A DNA stretch of 64,000 nucleotides. Source: a candidate division WOR-3 bacterium. GTDB taxonomy: Bacteria > Hydrothermota > Tepidihabitantia > Tepidihabitantales > Tepidihabitantaceae. Numbering within the stretch: the stretch's first letter is position 1; the number at the start of each line of letters is the position of its first letter. The position numbers were made by a program, and so were the translations under genes. This document shows positions 34,644-45,200 of the stretch, piece after piece. The stretch is from positions 81,433-145,432 of the forward strand of contig CBFGIT010000004.1 in NCBI GenBank assembly GCA_965648905.1, in the 5' to 3' direction. The notes under the pieces were generated by a model, which did no database searches, was not told the DNA's origin, and saw only the letters and a list, made by a program, of their open reading frames with translations.

Positions 34644-36623
34644 ATGGCAAAGAAGAAGACCAGCCCCACCTCTCAGGGCGCGAGTGACACCTCGGCCCGG
34701 GCCGTGACCAGCACGGTGCCGACAAGCGAGAAGCCGCACGTGGTTGAGACGGGCCGGCCCGAGGACATCGGCGGCCAGGTATCGGTGAAGATTGATGACC
34801 TCGAACTGAAAGTGCCGTTCGGCACCACGATTCTTGAGGCGGCGAAGAGCGTCGGCATCAGGATACCGACTCTCTGCTACCACGAGGACCTGTGTCTGGC
34901 TGGAGTCTGCCGGATGTGTGTGGTCGAGGTGTCAAAGCAGCGCACGCTCCAGACCGCCTGCACCTTCCCGATTACCGAGCCGATTCAGGTGACGACCTAC
35001 AGCCCGCGGGTGCGCGCAGCCCGACGCCACGTCCTCGACCTCTTGCTTTCCAAGCACTACGGCGAATGCTACACCTGCTTCCGGAACAACAACTGCGAGC
35101 TACAGTCCCTGGCCAAAGAGTACGGCGTTGACTTCTACCGGTTCGGGCATCTGGACAAGCCCAGGTTCGAAGTCGACCGGTCGAGCTATTCGGTGGTGCG
35201 CGATATGAACAAGTGCGTGCTCTGCCGCCGGTGCGTGCGGACCTGCATCGACCTGCAGTCGGTCGGGGTGCTGACCGCAGCCCACCGCAGCGACTCGACC
35301 AAGATTGAGGCATTCATGGACCGGCCCCTGGCCGAGGTCATCTGCATCAACTGCGGCCAGTGCATCAACCGCTGCCCGACCGGCGCACTTCGGGCCAAAG
35401 ACCCGTCCGACGAAATCTGGGCGGCAATCGACGACCCGAAGAAACACGTCGTGATTCAGACCGCGCCGTCACCGCGCGCAGCAATCGGCGAGGCGTTCGA
35501 CCTGGCGCCGGGCACATCGGTCACTCAGCAGATGAACACCGCGCTTAGGCGGGCCGGATTCGACCGCGTGTTCGATACCGACACGACCGCGGACCTGACC
35601 ATCATCGAAGAAGGAACCGAACTTCTGACCCGGCTCTATCGCGTGCTGGTCAAGAAAGAGAATGCCGGCCTGCTGCCCCAGTTCACCTCCTGCTCGCCCG
35701 GCTGGGTCAAGTTCATCGAGCACTTCTACCCGGAGTGGCTCTCCTACGTCTCGACCTGCAAGAGCCCGCAGCAGATGTTCGGCGCGCTGATTAAGAGCTA
35801 CTATGCCCGCAAGCAGGGGATTGACCCGGCGTCAATCGTCTCGGTCTCCTTGATGCCGTGCTCGGCCAAGAAGTTCGAGGCGAACCGGCCGGAGATGCAG
35901 TCCTCAGGCTACAAAGACGTCGACTACGGCCTGACCACGCGCGAGATGGCTCAGATGATTAAGGAAGCAGGCATCGACCTGCCGAACATGCCCAAGTCGC
36001 ACTTCGACCTGCCGTTCGGCGACGCTTCAGGCGCCGGCCTGATTTTCGGCGCGACCGGTGGCGTAATGGAAGCGGCGATTCGCACCGTGGTCGAAGTTGT
36101 TACGGGCCTGAAGGCCGAAGATGTGTTCAAGGACGCAAACGTCGAGCCGATTCGGGGATTTGAGGGCGTCCGGTACATGGAGATTGCGATTCCCCAGACC
36201 GGCCCGATGCTGCCCCTGTTTGCGAACCTTATCAAGAAAGGCAAGCTCGGCGAAGACTGGTCCTGGCTTGCGGGCGCAACCCTCAAGGTCGCGGTTGCGC
36301 ACGGCACGGCCAATGCCCGCAAGGTCATGGACGATATCAAGGCTGGCGGCAAGTTCAGCCAGTGCCACTTCATCGAGTTCATGGCCTGTCCGGGTGGATG
36401 CCTGGGCGGCGGCGGCCAGCCGATTCCCACCAGCCCGGCCATCCGCGCGGCCCGGGCAAGGGCAATCTACTCCGAGGATATGGGCCTGCCGATTCGCAAG
36501 TCGCACGAGAACCCGCATGTGCTGAAGCTCTACGAAGAGTTCCTGACTGACGGGCCGTGCGGCGAAGTGAGTCACAAGTACCTGCACACCCACTACACCC
36601 CAAGAGGCGACTACCTCGTCTAG
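34644..36623 (+). CDS. hydA: [FeFe]-hydrogenase group A catalytic subunit
   Basis: H-cluster motifs FTSCSPGW, MPCSAKKFE, EFMACPGGCLGGGGQP; N-terminal FeS clusters; small-subunit tail RKSHENP. Confidence 0.95.
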   Translation: MAKKKTSPTSQGASDTSARAVTSTVPTSEKPHVVETGRPEDIGGQVSVKIDDLELKVPFGTTILEAAKSVGIRIPTLCYHEDLCLAGVCRMCVVEVSKQRTLQTACTFPITEPIQVTTYSPRVRAARRHVLDLLLSKHYGECYTCFRNNNCELQSLAKEYGVDFYRFGHLDKPRFEVDRSSYSVVRDMNKCVLCRRCVRTCIDLQSVGVLTAAHRSDSTKIEAFMDRPLAEVICINCGQCINRCPTGALRAKDPSDEIWAAIDDPKKHVVIQTAPSPRAAIGEAFDLAPGTSVTQQMNTALRRAGFDRVFDTDTTADLTIIEEGTELLTRLYRVLVKKENAGLLPQFTSCSPGWVKFIEHFYPEWLSYVSTCKSPQQMFGALIKSYYARKQGIDPASIVSVSLMPCSAKKFEANRPEMQSSGYKDVDYGLTTREMAQMIKEAGIDLPNMPKSHFDLPFGDASGAGLIFGATGGVMEAAIRTVVEVVTGLKAEDVFKDANVEPIRGFEGVRYMEIAIPQTGPMLPLFANLIKKGKLGEDWSWLAGATLKVAVAHGTANARKVMDDIKAGGKFSQCHFIEFMACPGGCLGGGGQPIPTSPAIRAARARAIYSEDMGLPIRKSHENPHVLKLYEEFLTDGPCGEVSHKYLHTHYTPRGDYLV

Positions 36624-36644
36624 ACTACGCCTCATCTGGACGAC

Positions 36645-36679
36645 CCGCGCCCGGCTTCGGCCGGGCGCGGCCCTGTTTT
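36645..36679 (+). terminator. Intrinsic terminator
   Basis: CCGCGCCCGGC-TTCG-GCCGGGCGCGG then CCCTGTTTT. Confidence 0.8.
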
Positions 36680-36689
36680 GCTGTGGCAA

Positions 36690-37033
36690 AGCCAGTCGGT
36701 CAGCGCTACCTGCAACACCAAACTCGATACCGCAACAGGCAACAAGACAACTGCTGAGCAAGAAGCTGAGCGAGCCGAAAAGACAACTGCTGATGTGAAT
36801 GCACACTGGATCGCTCTGGCAGCCAGACCCGCGCCTGCCCGGCTGAGCGCTCGGGCAAACGCACCGGCAAACAGAACAGAAAGCACACGAGCCAAGACCT
36901 GCGAACAGACCCGGCAGAATACTTGAGCAAAGACCGTAAGAACTGCGATTTCAACCGCTCAACCGACTACTGCCTGGGGGACGGCCCCTCCCTGACCCAG
37001 GTCGCGGCTAACTGATAGCTGTTTCAGGTGTTA
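36690..37033. repeat. Degenerate 12-mer-periodic intergenic element ending in TAAC-N17-GTTA (copy B)
   Basis: ctcgggcaaacg/caccggcaaaca/gaacagaaagca/cacgagccaaga/cctgcgaacaga/cccggcagaata/cttgagcaaaga (36850-36933); CTGGGGGA at 36974. Confidence 0.55.
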
Positions 37034-37072
37034 CGCACTTTGCCCGAGCGTACGCCGGGCTAGCTCCGAGTT

Positions 37073-40000
37073 CTACCCCTGCTGCTGCGCGTCTTTGTGC
37101 CGAAACAGCAGCCCGGCCCACTTGTACACTCCTTTGGAAACAAGGTGAAACCGCTCGCGGGGGACGTTGAGCTTGCCGCGAATCCGGCGGGCCTTGTTCA
37201 GGTCGGACTTGACGAAAGAGCGCTCAAGCTCGTCCCACGGCTTGGCGAACGGGATGCCCGCAGGCACGGTCTCGGCGTCCACGACGGTTCTGAGCAGACC
37301 GGTGAAAGCCACGATGCCGGCAGAAGACGGCGCGACCACCTCAACCGCAGCTTGGACCCGCTTGTCGTTCCAGAGCGAGTGCGCCCAGTCGGAGAGCTCG
37401 ACCGGGCCGCCGTCCTTCCTGTGCTCAAGATACCACTCAGCCTTTTCCAGAAGCCACCACTCGAACGCGTCGGCCAGTTCCTGCTGGTATGCGACCGGGC
37501 CGCATTCCCAGCGGTTCTTTACCTTCCACTGCTCGTCCCAGCGGCGCTTGTACACCGGTTGCTCGATGCGGCGGATGTGCTCGTTGTCCCTGATGGCGGC
37601 CAGGCGCTCGCGCCAGAGCCGCTTGGTCTGATTTGACAGATGGGACGGAATCAGACGAATCGCTCGGGCGAAGTCGCCCTCGGCTGCCTGCCACAGGCGG
37701 TAGGGTCGCTGGTCCTTGTCGAGCGGCTCGGGCTCGTGGTCAAGGGGCGCGGCCGCGTGCCCTTCGGGCAGGAGACCATAGGCGGTGTAGACCAGCCAGT
37801 CCATCTCCTCCTGCAGGGCAATCATCTCGCTTCTCAGCTTCTCGCGCTCGGCGACCACGCGGTCGTAGGCCTGCTTCAGCTCCTCAGCCGAACCGAACGG
37901 CTTGCCGATGGCCGGGTGCGGCTTCTCGTACCCGGGCAGGGACGAGTTCCATTCGTGGTACGCCTCGCCCGGCTTCTCGAACAGCTTCTTCATCGCGAGC
38001 GTGGGCAGAACCTGCCCGCGTTTCCAGCACGCCTCGGCCAACTCCGAGAGCCGCTTAGCCAAGGGATTCCACTCGCCCTTCAGCGCCTGCGCCACCCTCT
38101 CCGGCACCGGCAACTGCTCCACCTTCCCACCGGCGAAGACGTAGTAGGTGTCCTTTTCGGGCTGCTCCGACTCGCGCTTGCTGAAGCACACCTGCTTGAG
38201 CCAGAACAGCGCGGTGGAGGAGTTGGCCATGGCAGACAAGGCGTGATAATCAGTGTCTGTGCTGGCCTTGGGGAGGCGCACAACAGGTGCTGTCCGCGGG
38301 TAAATCACAGGCATGGCATTGACGAGGAAGTGCGCGTGCGTGGCGATTTCCGAGAAGCCCAGAAAGCGCGGCGGAGTGTTCTTCTCCGGATAGGGGTCGG
38401 TGTATTCCCACCAGGCGACGCCGGTGGCCTTCTTTGGTTTGTCGAAGATGATGACGTTTTCCAAGTAGTTGCGATAGTGCTGCATGAACCGCCTGAAAGC
38501 AGAGTGAACGGGAAGAGTGAGACGGCCATAGTCTGAACGGTAAGGGAAGATGACCGTCTCGGTGTCGACAAGCGACCAGTTGCGGACTGAGTCGCCAGCA
38601 GCAAGCGGCCGGATGAGCTCGGGCTCGATGCCGGCCTTCCGCAGCAGGTGAGGCGGTTGTATGAACACCTCATCGCTGCGGGTGATGGTCGATGGGCCAA
38701 CTTGACCCTCAGTCAGTGACACCAGTCTCTTGCCAGAGTCCTCCAGCAGCTTTCGTGTCGGCTCGGCGCCAGAGTCGAGATTCCACGGCCACTTCCCCAT
38801 GGCTCGATGACTGCGGTCGGCTACCACGACCTGCTCGCTACTAAAGCCCGGCGCATCGTGGCGCTGCTCCAGCGTGTGCCAGACCTTGGATTCCTCAGGC
38901 GGTGTTCGCAGGTCGCCGCCGCCGGGAAGGAGCGCTGCGACGCGAATTGGGGTGTCGGGGTCAGGCTTTGTGTTCGCGCCGAAGACCAGGCAGGTTGGTG
39001 TGCCGTGGCCGGGAAACATCAGGCCGGAGCAGTCCACGACCTTCTGCAGGTTGACCTTCGGGAAGAACTGCTCGACCAGCGGTTTGCCGAACTCGCGCTT
39101 GGCAAAGGCATTGGAGACGATAAAGCCCAGCTCGCCGCCAGGCTTGAGCAGGCCGAAGGAAAGCGGGAAGAAAGGTACCAGCAGCAGGAACTTCTGATAG
39201 CAGTACGGCTGCCAGCGTGCGCGGTAGAGCTCGCGTTTCGCCGGGTTGCGGGCAGTGACAAAGGGCGGGTTGCCGACGATGATATCGAAGCCGGAGCCCT
39301 CACCCTTGCCCGGAAAGAACACCTGGGGGAAGTCGATTCTCCAGGCAAAGTTGAAGGGCGCGTCGAAGCTTGCGCCTTCGAGCTTGCGCAACTTCTGGAT
39401 GAAGGCGTGGTCGAGCGGCTGCTGCTCCAGTTGGTCGCGAGCAGCCATATCAGACCGTATCTTCTTGAGCGCAGCTTCGAGTTGCTCGGTCTCGTGGGCA
39501 ATACGCTTGCGCCGGTCGGCCTCGGACTTGCCCTCACCGAACATGTTGGCCAGGGTCGAGTCCTCGTGCCTGAGGGCCTTGAGTTGGGTGTTGATGACCG
39601 CTTCGCTGACCTCAAGCCGCTTCTTCAGTATCTCAAGCCTGAGCTTGCGTTTGGACCCCCAACTCCTGGCCTTGTGCAGGCGTGCACCAAGACTGTGAAT
39701 CGCGTCGAAGAGCTTCTGCTGTTCGTGCACGCGGCCGGGCAGGATGACCACCGGTACGCCGCAGATGTGGTCGTGCAGGCTGTCACCGCGTTTGAAGTTC
39801 ATCTCCAGGTTCGGCAGTTGCGATATGTCTTTGAGTGCGGCCAGAAAGGCAGCCCGGTCGGCCTCGAACGGGTTGAGCCCGATGTCGTAGTCCACCACGA
39901 GCGAGAGCCAGAGCCTGAGCATGCAGATTTCGATTGCCTGTTGCTGGATGTCCACGCCAAACAGGCAGTTCTCGATGATTTCGGCCTTGGTCTGGTGCAG

Positions 40001-41539
40001 CCAGCCCGAGCCTTTCTGGCGGGCCGGGTCAACGTAGCCGTTGGCCGCGGTCTGGGCCAGTCGGCGCAGGTTGGTGAGTTCATGCAGGAGCCCGACCATG
40101 AACGCACCGGAACCGACCGCCGGGTCACAGCAGCGCAGACCCTTGAGCAGGTCCACGAGGCGCGAGCCTTCTTCCGGCGAGAGAAGCCGCCTCAGCATCT
40201 CCATTTCTTCTCGGTCCAATCCGTCGGATGAGTCCAAGCCGACCAGTTGACGGAGGCGGGTCGGCCAGTCCGGGCTGTCAAGCCGTGGCCGCAGGTACTG
40301 GTACAGCACCTCGCGGCAGATGAAGTGAACTACGATGCGCGGCGTGTAGTAGGACCCGGTCGCCTTGCGCTTGTCCGGCGCAACCGCGTCCGGGTCAGCC
40401 GATTCGGCATGAAGCACAATCGACTCGAAGACCTTGCCGAGCATTTCCGGGTCAACCGCGACTTCCTGGTTCAGGGGCGTGTCCTCGCGCACCGTGAAGT
40501 TGAATGCTTCCAGGAACTCGTCGAAAACCCGGGCAAAGGTCGAGTTGCGCACCGGCAGGGGCGGGTTGTCTTTCTTCCGCCGGGGCGAGGGCTCGAACTC
40601 GTCGTCGTTGAACAGACCGCCGTTCAGGAACGGAACGTCTTCCCAGCGCTCAAGACCGCTGTGGCCGGCACTGCTCAGGGACCAGAAGAGCTTTTCCAGG
40701 AACTCGCTGTAGTAGCTGCATTCCTTGGGCCTGGCGCGGTGTGGCTCAAAGTTCCTGAGCAGGAAGTCTGAGTCCTGCCTGAGCCACCCCCGGTTCTGGA
40801 CAAAGTAGAGGAAAATGAGCCGCTCCAGGAGCAACTGCGCTGCCGAGTAGGCGTCAGCAGACTTGAATCGGCCCAGCTTCTCAAGGTCGCCCTTTATGAG
40901 CTCCAGGGCTTGGTCGAACTGCCGGAAGAAGCTGCGGGTGAGTGGTTCTTTGTCGAACGCCTTGGCCCATGCCTTGACCCAGGCTGCCTTGTCGGCCTCA
41001 TCTTCAGGCCAGGCCAGACAGGGCAGGTTTTCGGTGACCGCGGTGCGGGCCGGCGCGCCCAGGGTCCAGCCAAAGGTCGCGAGCTTTGCCTCGCTGACCT
41101 TGCCTGTGCCGAACGTGTCGCGAAACATCGCGAAGACGTACTGCTGGTAGTTGTGCGTGCAGATGAAGAGGATATTGCCCAGGTTCCATGAGGGCAGGTT
41201 CGCTTCCTTGCGTCGGGAGGCGACGAGTCGGCGCAGGACTGCGCGCAGGGGCGTGCCGAATCCGCGCGTCTCAAACACCTTGGGCTCGTCGAATTCGAGC
41301 AGGAAAATCCCCCACGGCTGGTCACCACGTGGCCGCAGGAGTATCTCGTAGGCTCGGGCCTTGTGCTGGGTCGCGCACGAGCCGACTTCGTCGCTGGTCC
41401 ATTCGTAGGCGATGTCTGTTGGCTGTGCTGCAGCCGGGTCAATCGGCCAGCAAAGCCCGTCGCGCAGCAGCCCGACCGCAAAGGAGCGGAAGTCGGTCGC
41501 AGTTTTGAGCGCAGCTTCGAGGCGGGTGGCGGTGGTCAT
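37073..41539 (-). CDS. Large N6-adenine DNA methyltransferase: Type IIG/Eco57I-like core with BREX-2 PglX-like C-terminus
   Basis: VPFLNGGLF, DPEMLGKVFE, GSYYTPR, DPAVGSGAF (motif I), IVGNPPF (motif IV); FWLKQVCFSK, EEMDWLVY..YGL, IEQPVYKRRW, GKLNVPRERF. Confidence 0.85.
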   Translation of the reverse strand: MTTATRLEAALKTATDFRSFAVGLLRDGLCWPIDPAAAQPTDIAYEWTSDEVGSCATQHKARAYEILLRPRGDQPWGIFLLEFDEPKVFETRGFGTPLRAVLRRLVASRRKEANLPSWNLGNILFICTHNYQQYVFAMFRDTFGTGKVSEAKLATFGWTLGAPARTAVTENLPCLAWPEDEADKAAWVKAWAKAFDKEPLTRSFFRQFDQALELIKGDLEKLGRFKSADAYSAAQLLLERLIFLYFVQNRGWLRQDSDFLLRNFEPHRARPKECSYYSEFLEKLFWSLSSAGHSGLERWEDVPFLNGGLFNDDEFEPSPRRKKDNPPLPVRNSTFARVFDEFLEAFNFTVREDTPLNQEVAVDPEMLGKVFESIVLHAESADPDAVAPDKRKATGSYYTPRIVVHFICREVLYQYLRPRLDSPDWPTRLRQLVGLDSSDGLDREEMEMLRRLLSPEEGSRLVDLLKGLRCCDPAVGSGAFMVGLLHELTNLRRLAQTAANGYVDPARQKGSGWLHQTKAEIIENCLFGVDIQQQAIEICMLRLWLSLVVDYDIGLNPFEADRAAFLAALKDISQLPNLEMNFKRGDSLHDHICGVPVVILPGRVHEQQKLFDAIHSLGARLHKARSWGSKRKLRLEILKKRLEVSEAVINTQLKALRHEDSTLANMFGEGKSEADRRKRIAHETEQLEAALKKIRSDMAARDQLEQQPLDHAFIQKLRKLEGASFDAPFNFAWRIDFPQVFFPGKGEGSGFDIIVGNPPFVTARNPAKRELYRARWQPYCYQKFLLLVPFFPLSFGLLKPGGELGFIVSNAFAKREFGKPLVEQFFPKVNLQKVVDCSGLMFPGHGTPTCLVFGANTKPDPDTPIRVAALLPGGGDLRTPPEESKVWHTLEQRHDAPGFSSEQVVVADRSHRAMGKWPWNLDSGAEPTRKLLEDSGKRLVSLTEGQVGPSTITRSDEVFIQPPHLLRKAGIEPELIRPLAAGDSVRNWSLVDTETVIFPYRSDYGRLTLPVHSAFRRFMQHYRNYLENVIIFDKPKKATGVAWWEYTDPYPEKNTPPRFLGFSEIATHAHFLVNAMPVIYPRTAPVVRLPKASTDTDYHALSAMANSSTALFWLKQVCFSKRESEQPEKDTYYVFAGGKVEQLPVPERVAQALKGEWNPLAKRLSELAEACWKRGQVLPTLAMKKLFEKPGEAYHEWNSSLPGYEKPHPAIGKPFGSAEELKQAYDRVVAEREKLRSEMIALQEEMDWLVYTAYGLLPEGHAAAPLDHEPEPLDKDQRPYRLWQAAEGDFARAIRLIPSHLSNQTKRLWRERLAAIRDNEHIRRIEQPVYKRRWDEQWKVKNRWECGPVAYQQELADAFEWWLLEKAEWYLEHRKDGGPVELSDWAHSLWNDKRVQAAVEVVAPSSAGIVAFTGLLRTVVDAETVPAGIPFAKPWDELERSFVKSDLNKARRIRGKLNVPRERFHLVSKGVYKWAGLLFRHKDAQQQG

Positions 41540-41542
41540 AGC

Positions 41543-42298
41543 CTATCGGTCGGATCGGACCGATCCGACGGATCCGTCCAATGGCCGCGTGCCCTTGCAC
41601 GCGGGAAAGCCCGAGCAACCCCAGAACTGCCGGCCGACACGCGCGCCTGTGCGCGCCGTGCGCAGGGCCATCGGCCTGCCGCAGAGCGGGCAGTTGGGCA
41701 AAGACCGATCAGACTGATCCGACCGATCGGACCGATCAGTCAGGGCTTTGGCGCGCTCGGCAATCCGGGCGGCGGCAAGCTGCTCGGTGTAGCCGCCTTG
41801 TTTCACAAGGTCGCGCTCTAAGGCGGCGACTTGACGGTCGAGCAGATAGTTGGCCTGGTGAATCAGGCAGATGATGGCATTGGCGACAACTGCAGGGTCG
41901 GGCGAGGAGAGCCAGGCGGAATAATCGGACGGATCGGACCGATCCGTCGGATGATGCCGACCCACCGCGCGCACCGCGAGCGCCTCCGGATCGTCTCTGC
42001 CCCACTGTTTGAAGCCGCGCTGGCGCAGAACGTCTTCGTAGTCGAGCAGGAGTTCGTCGAGGCTGGCCCGGGCGACATTTACCAGGCGGAGCTCGGTCTG
42101 GCTTGAAGTCGCGGCGGCACGGCTGCCTTCGGCAATGTTCTGGCGGCCAGAACGCGCTGCCTGCACCATCTGATCGCGCGTGCGCGAGTGCTTGTCCACA
42201 AACCGGTTGCAGAAGTCCACCGTAGCATCGTAGATGACGGTCGCCACCTGAAAGGAACGCAGGTCGCGGTACCCGCCACTGGGTCGCAGTCGTTTCAC
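41543..42298 (-). CDS. Four-helix-bundle (suffix-domain type) protein with topoisomerase-type C4 zinc finger
   Basis: GGYRDLRSFQ, DQMVQAARSGRQNIAEGS, NVARASLDELLLDYED; CPLC...FWGCSGFPAC. Confidence 0.88.
   Translation of the reverse strand: MKRLRPSGGYRDLRSFQVATVIYDATVDFCNRFVDKHSRTRDQMVQAARSGRQNIAEGSRAAATSSQTELRLVNVARASLDELLLDYEDVLRQRGFKQWGRDDPEALAVRAVGRHHPTDRSDPSDYSAWLSSPDPAVVANAIICLIHQANYLLDRQVAALERDLVKQGGYTEQLAAARIAERAKALTDRSDRSDQSDRSLPNCPLCGRPMALRTARTGARVGRQFWGCSGFPACKGTRPLDGSVGSVRSDR
41545..41950. repeat. Dispersed 9-mer repeats (TCSGACCGA type) within the four-helix-bundle gene
   Basis: Clusters at ~41545-41580, ~41703-41740 and ~41925-41950 encoding DRSDRSD, DGSVGSV and DRSDPSD. Confidence 0.75.
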
Positions 42299-45200
42299 CC
42301 CACCTCCAGCCAGCAGACCAGCTCAGGTTTGAGCGACGGCGGCAGGCCCCGGTCGCGCATCAGCTTGCGCGGCTTCGCCTCGACTGCCTGGAGCTCGGGC
42401 TTGAGCGCAGACACGCCCAGCCTGACTGCACGCGGCTCAGACATCTCACAGCGCACTGCAGGCCAGGTCTGGTCTAGTGCCTCGTGGATTGCACCAGTCT
42501 TGCGCTCGCGGAAGTACCAGCGGACCTCAGACGACTTCTTTTCCGCATCAGTCCAGACCCGCCAGGCGCAGAACAGGCCTGGTTTCACCCGGGCCGGATG
42601 AGCCCGACCTGAGAAGAGCCGTCGCGGCAGATCGGGCAGGCTGGCGTAGAGGTCTGGATGCTCGCGCTCGATCGCCTCAAGTTCGAGGCGGAGCTTCTCT
42701 TCGGTGCTCTCCTGACCCTCGTAGGCTTCATTGAACTCCTTCAGGGTCATGTCCGGGTCGTCGGGGGTGAGCAGCGCGCCTTCGATACCCAGGGCTGCGT
42801 TGATGCGCAGCACCTTGCCGGTGACCCGGCGGAACAGACCGAGGATATCCTCAAGGTCCTGGGGCGGCAGGAAATTCCAGAAGAATATCTTGCGGTCGAG
42901 AAACGCGGGGCGGTTGAGGCGGCGTTCGATTGCCAGGTCAAGCCGACGGTCAACACGACCGATGCGCTGGATAAGTCGAACCGGGTTCCAGTGCAGGTCG
43001 TAGTTGACGAGCAGCGCCGCATCCTGCAGGTTCAGACCTTCGGACAGCACGTCGGTCGAGATGAGAATGTTGATGGGCTGTTTCAGATACTCCTCAACCT
43101 GGCCCGGCTCGCAGTTGTAGAAGGGAGCGAAGCGGCGGATGACTTCTTCGCGGTCAAGCTTGCGCGTCGAGTCAATCTCCTCGACCGCAGGCAGACCCGC
43201 CACGTCGGCCAACTGGCGGCGCAGGTAACGGGCCGTGGCACGAAACTCGGTGAAGATGGCGACCTTCTGGCCACGGATGTCGGGCGCATCTGCTTCGGGT
43301 TCGCCGGTCAGCAAGGCGAGCAACTGCTGCAGTTTGTCGTCTTTGGTCGGGTCTTCTCGGCCCTCGGCCGTGTAGAACCGCTTGGCAATCTTGGCCAGAA
43401 ACTCCAGGAGCACGTTCATGTCCTCGACAAGGTCGGCGAGCAACCGGCCCATGTTATGCTCAGTCGGGTTGACCCGCTGCGCCTCGGGCAGGTCGTTCTC
43501 CTCCTCGTCCTCGTCGCCTTCGAGCTCGAGCCGCTCGCGCTGGTGGTCCTTGATGCGGTTCCAGTGGCGGTCATTGGCTGTTACCCAGCCATCGAACTTG
43601 TCTGGTGCATAGGCTCGGAGGAACTGGGCCATTTTGACCAGGAGGTCCTCAACCGATGCCTCGAACGCTTTGTAGGAGCTTTCCAGGCGCTTGAGCAGCA
43701 GGGTGCGGATAAGGCCGACGACCTTGCGCTGGTCCAGCAGCCTGCGCTCTTCAGGCTCGCCAAGCTTGTAAGCCTCGGTGCAGTACAGGGCAAGGTTCAG
43801 AAAGGGCGTGTCCCGGCTGAAAGCCTGCTTGATTTCCTCGTAGATGGAGGCGTAGACCTTGCGCAGCGAGTAGCGGACAACGCGCGGCCGCTGGCGCACC
43901 GGGAAGACCGGCTCGTTGGCCCGGCCCTGCTCTGACGCCTTGACGTACCGGCGGCTGCGCTGAATGAGAACGGCCTTGAATAGTTGCTGCTCAGCAAGGA
44001 ACTGCTCCACGGCCCGCAGGTCTTTCCAGTCGCCGAGCTCGATGGCGTTCTCGAACTGCCGGTCCGGGCCGGAAAAGATACGCCGGTAGTCGTGCACGCC
44101 CAGGCGGCTGAAATGGTCTTTGGTCGGCGCAAAGTAGTTGATGAGATGGTAGAGGTCGAGCAGGCTGTTATTGACCGGCGTGGCAGTGAGCAGGAACACC
44201 TGCTTTCCCGGGTTGCCCGCGCGCAGCAGGCGGGCGAGCAGCCTGCTGCGGTTTGAAGACGGGGTGCGGAAGTGATGGGCTTCGTCGATGATGACCACGT
44301 CGGTATCGCGGCTCAACTCGGCGAGCTTGTCCGGAGAAATCGTGTCCTCGCGGCCGAAGTCGGTGTGACGACGTACCGAGAACAACTGGCCGTACTCGGT
44401 GCGGTAGATGTACTTGAGCAGCGGGTCGGGGTTCTTGGCCGACGGCTTCCAGTGGCGCTCCCAGACGCTTTCCTGGGCCGACTTCGGCACAATCAAGAGC
44501 ACCCGTTTGCGGTCATGAACAAACCGCTCTAGGAGCATCAGCCCGATATAGGTCTTGCCCAGACCGACGCCATCGCAGACCAGGGCGCCGCCCCAAGCCT
44601 GCCCCATTTCGACCGCAATACGATAGCCGTCCTGCTGATACCTGGAGAGCCGCGGCCAGACCCGGCTCTCACGCTGCTCCCAGTCGGTAACCGGTGCTTC
44701 GCGGCCGGTGAGATACTCATAAAGCGCCTTGGCGTAGACCTCGAACGGCGAGAACGCACGCGTGTGCCGCCGGATGATTTCGACCGCCTCGGTGTTCAGG
44801 AGCTTCTCATCAGCGTCCTGCCACATCGCGGCAAACCACTGGGACAGCTCCTTGATGTGTACCTGGTCGGTCGTGAGCAGGTTGAGCTCCACGTTGCTAC
44901 AAAGCCCGGCCCGGGTGAAGTTGCTTGAGCCGATGACCGCGAAGTCAACCGGGTTCGGCGGCAGCGTGCTGAACAGGCAGCACTTGGCGTGGAACCGCTC
45001 ACGCGTATAGGCACGAACCTCGATCTGCCGAGCGTCGAGCGCGGCCCGGACCGCCTCAATTCCGGTGAGTGCATCGTCGGTCGTCTTGTGCGCTTCCAGC
45101 GACTCGTCGTTGAGTCGCACGAACGCAGCCGCGAGTTCTTGGCGGGTTGTGCGGCCGGCAACATCGCCGAGCAGGATTCTAATCTTGGCTATCTTCTGCC

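Noticed and set aside
36632..36954. Short ORFs on both strands (82-87 aa)
   Set aside because: They are translations of the 12-mer-periodic tract with no RBS or recognisable homology
41543..42298. Diversity-generating retroelement (Avd-like gene)
   Set aside because: No reverse transcriptase and no template/variable repeat pair differing at adenines was seen
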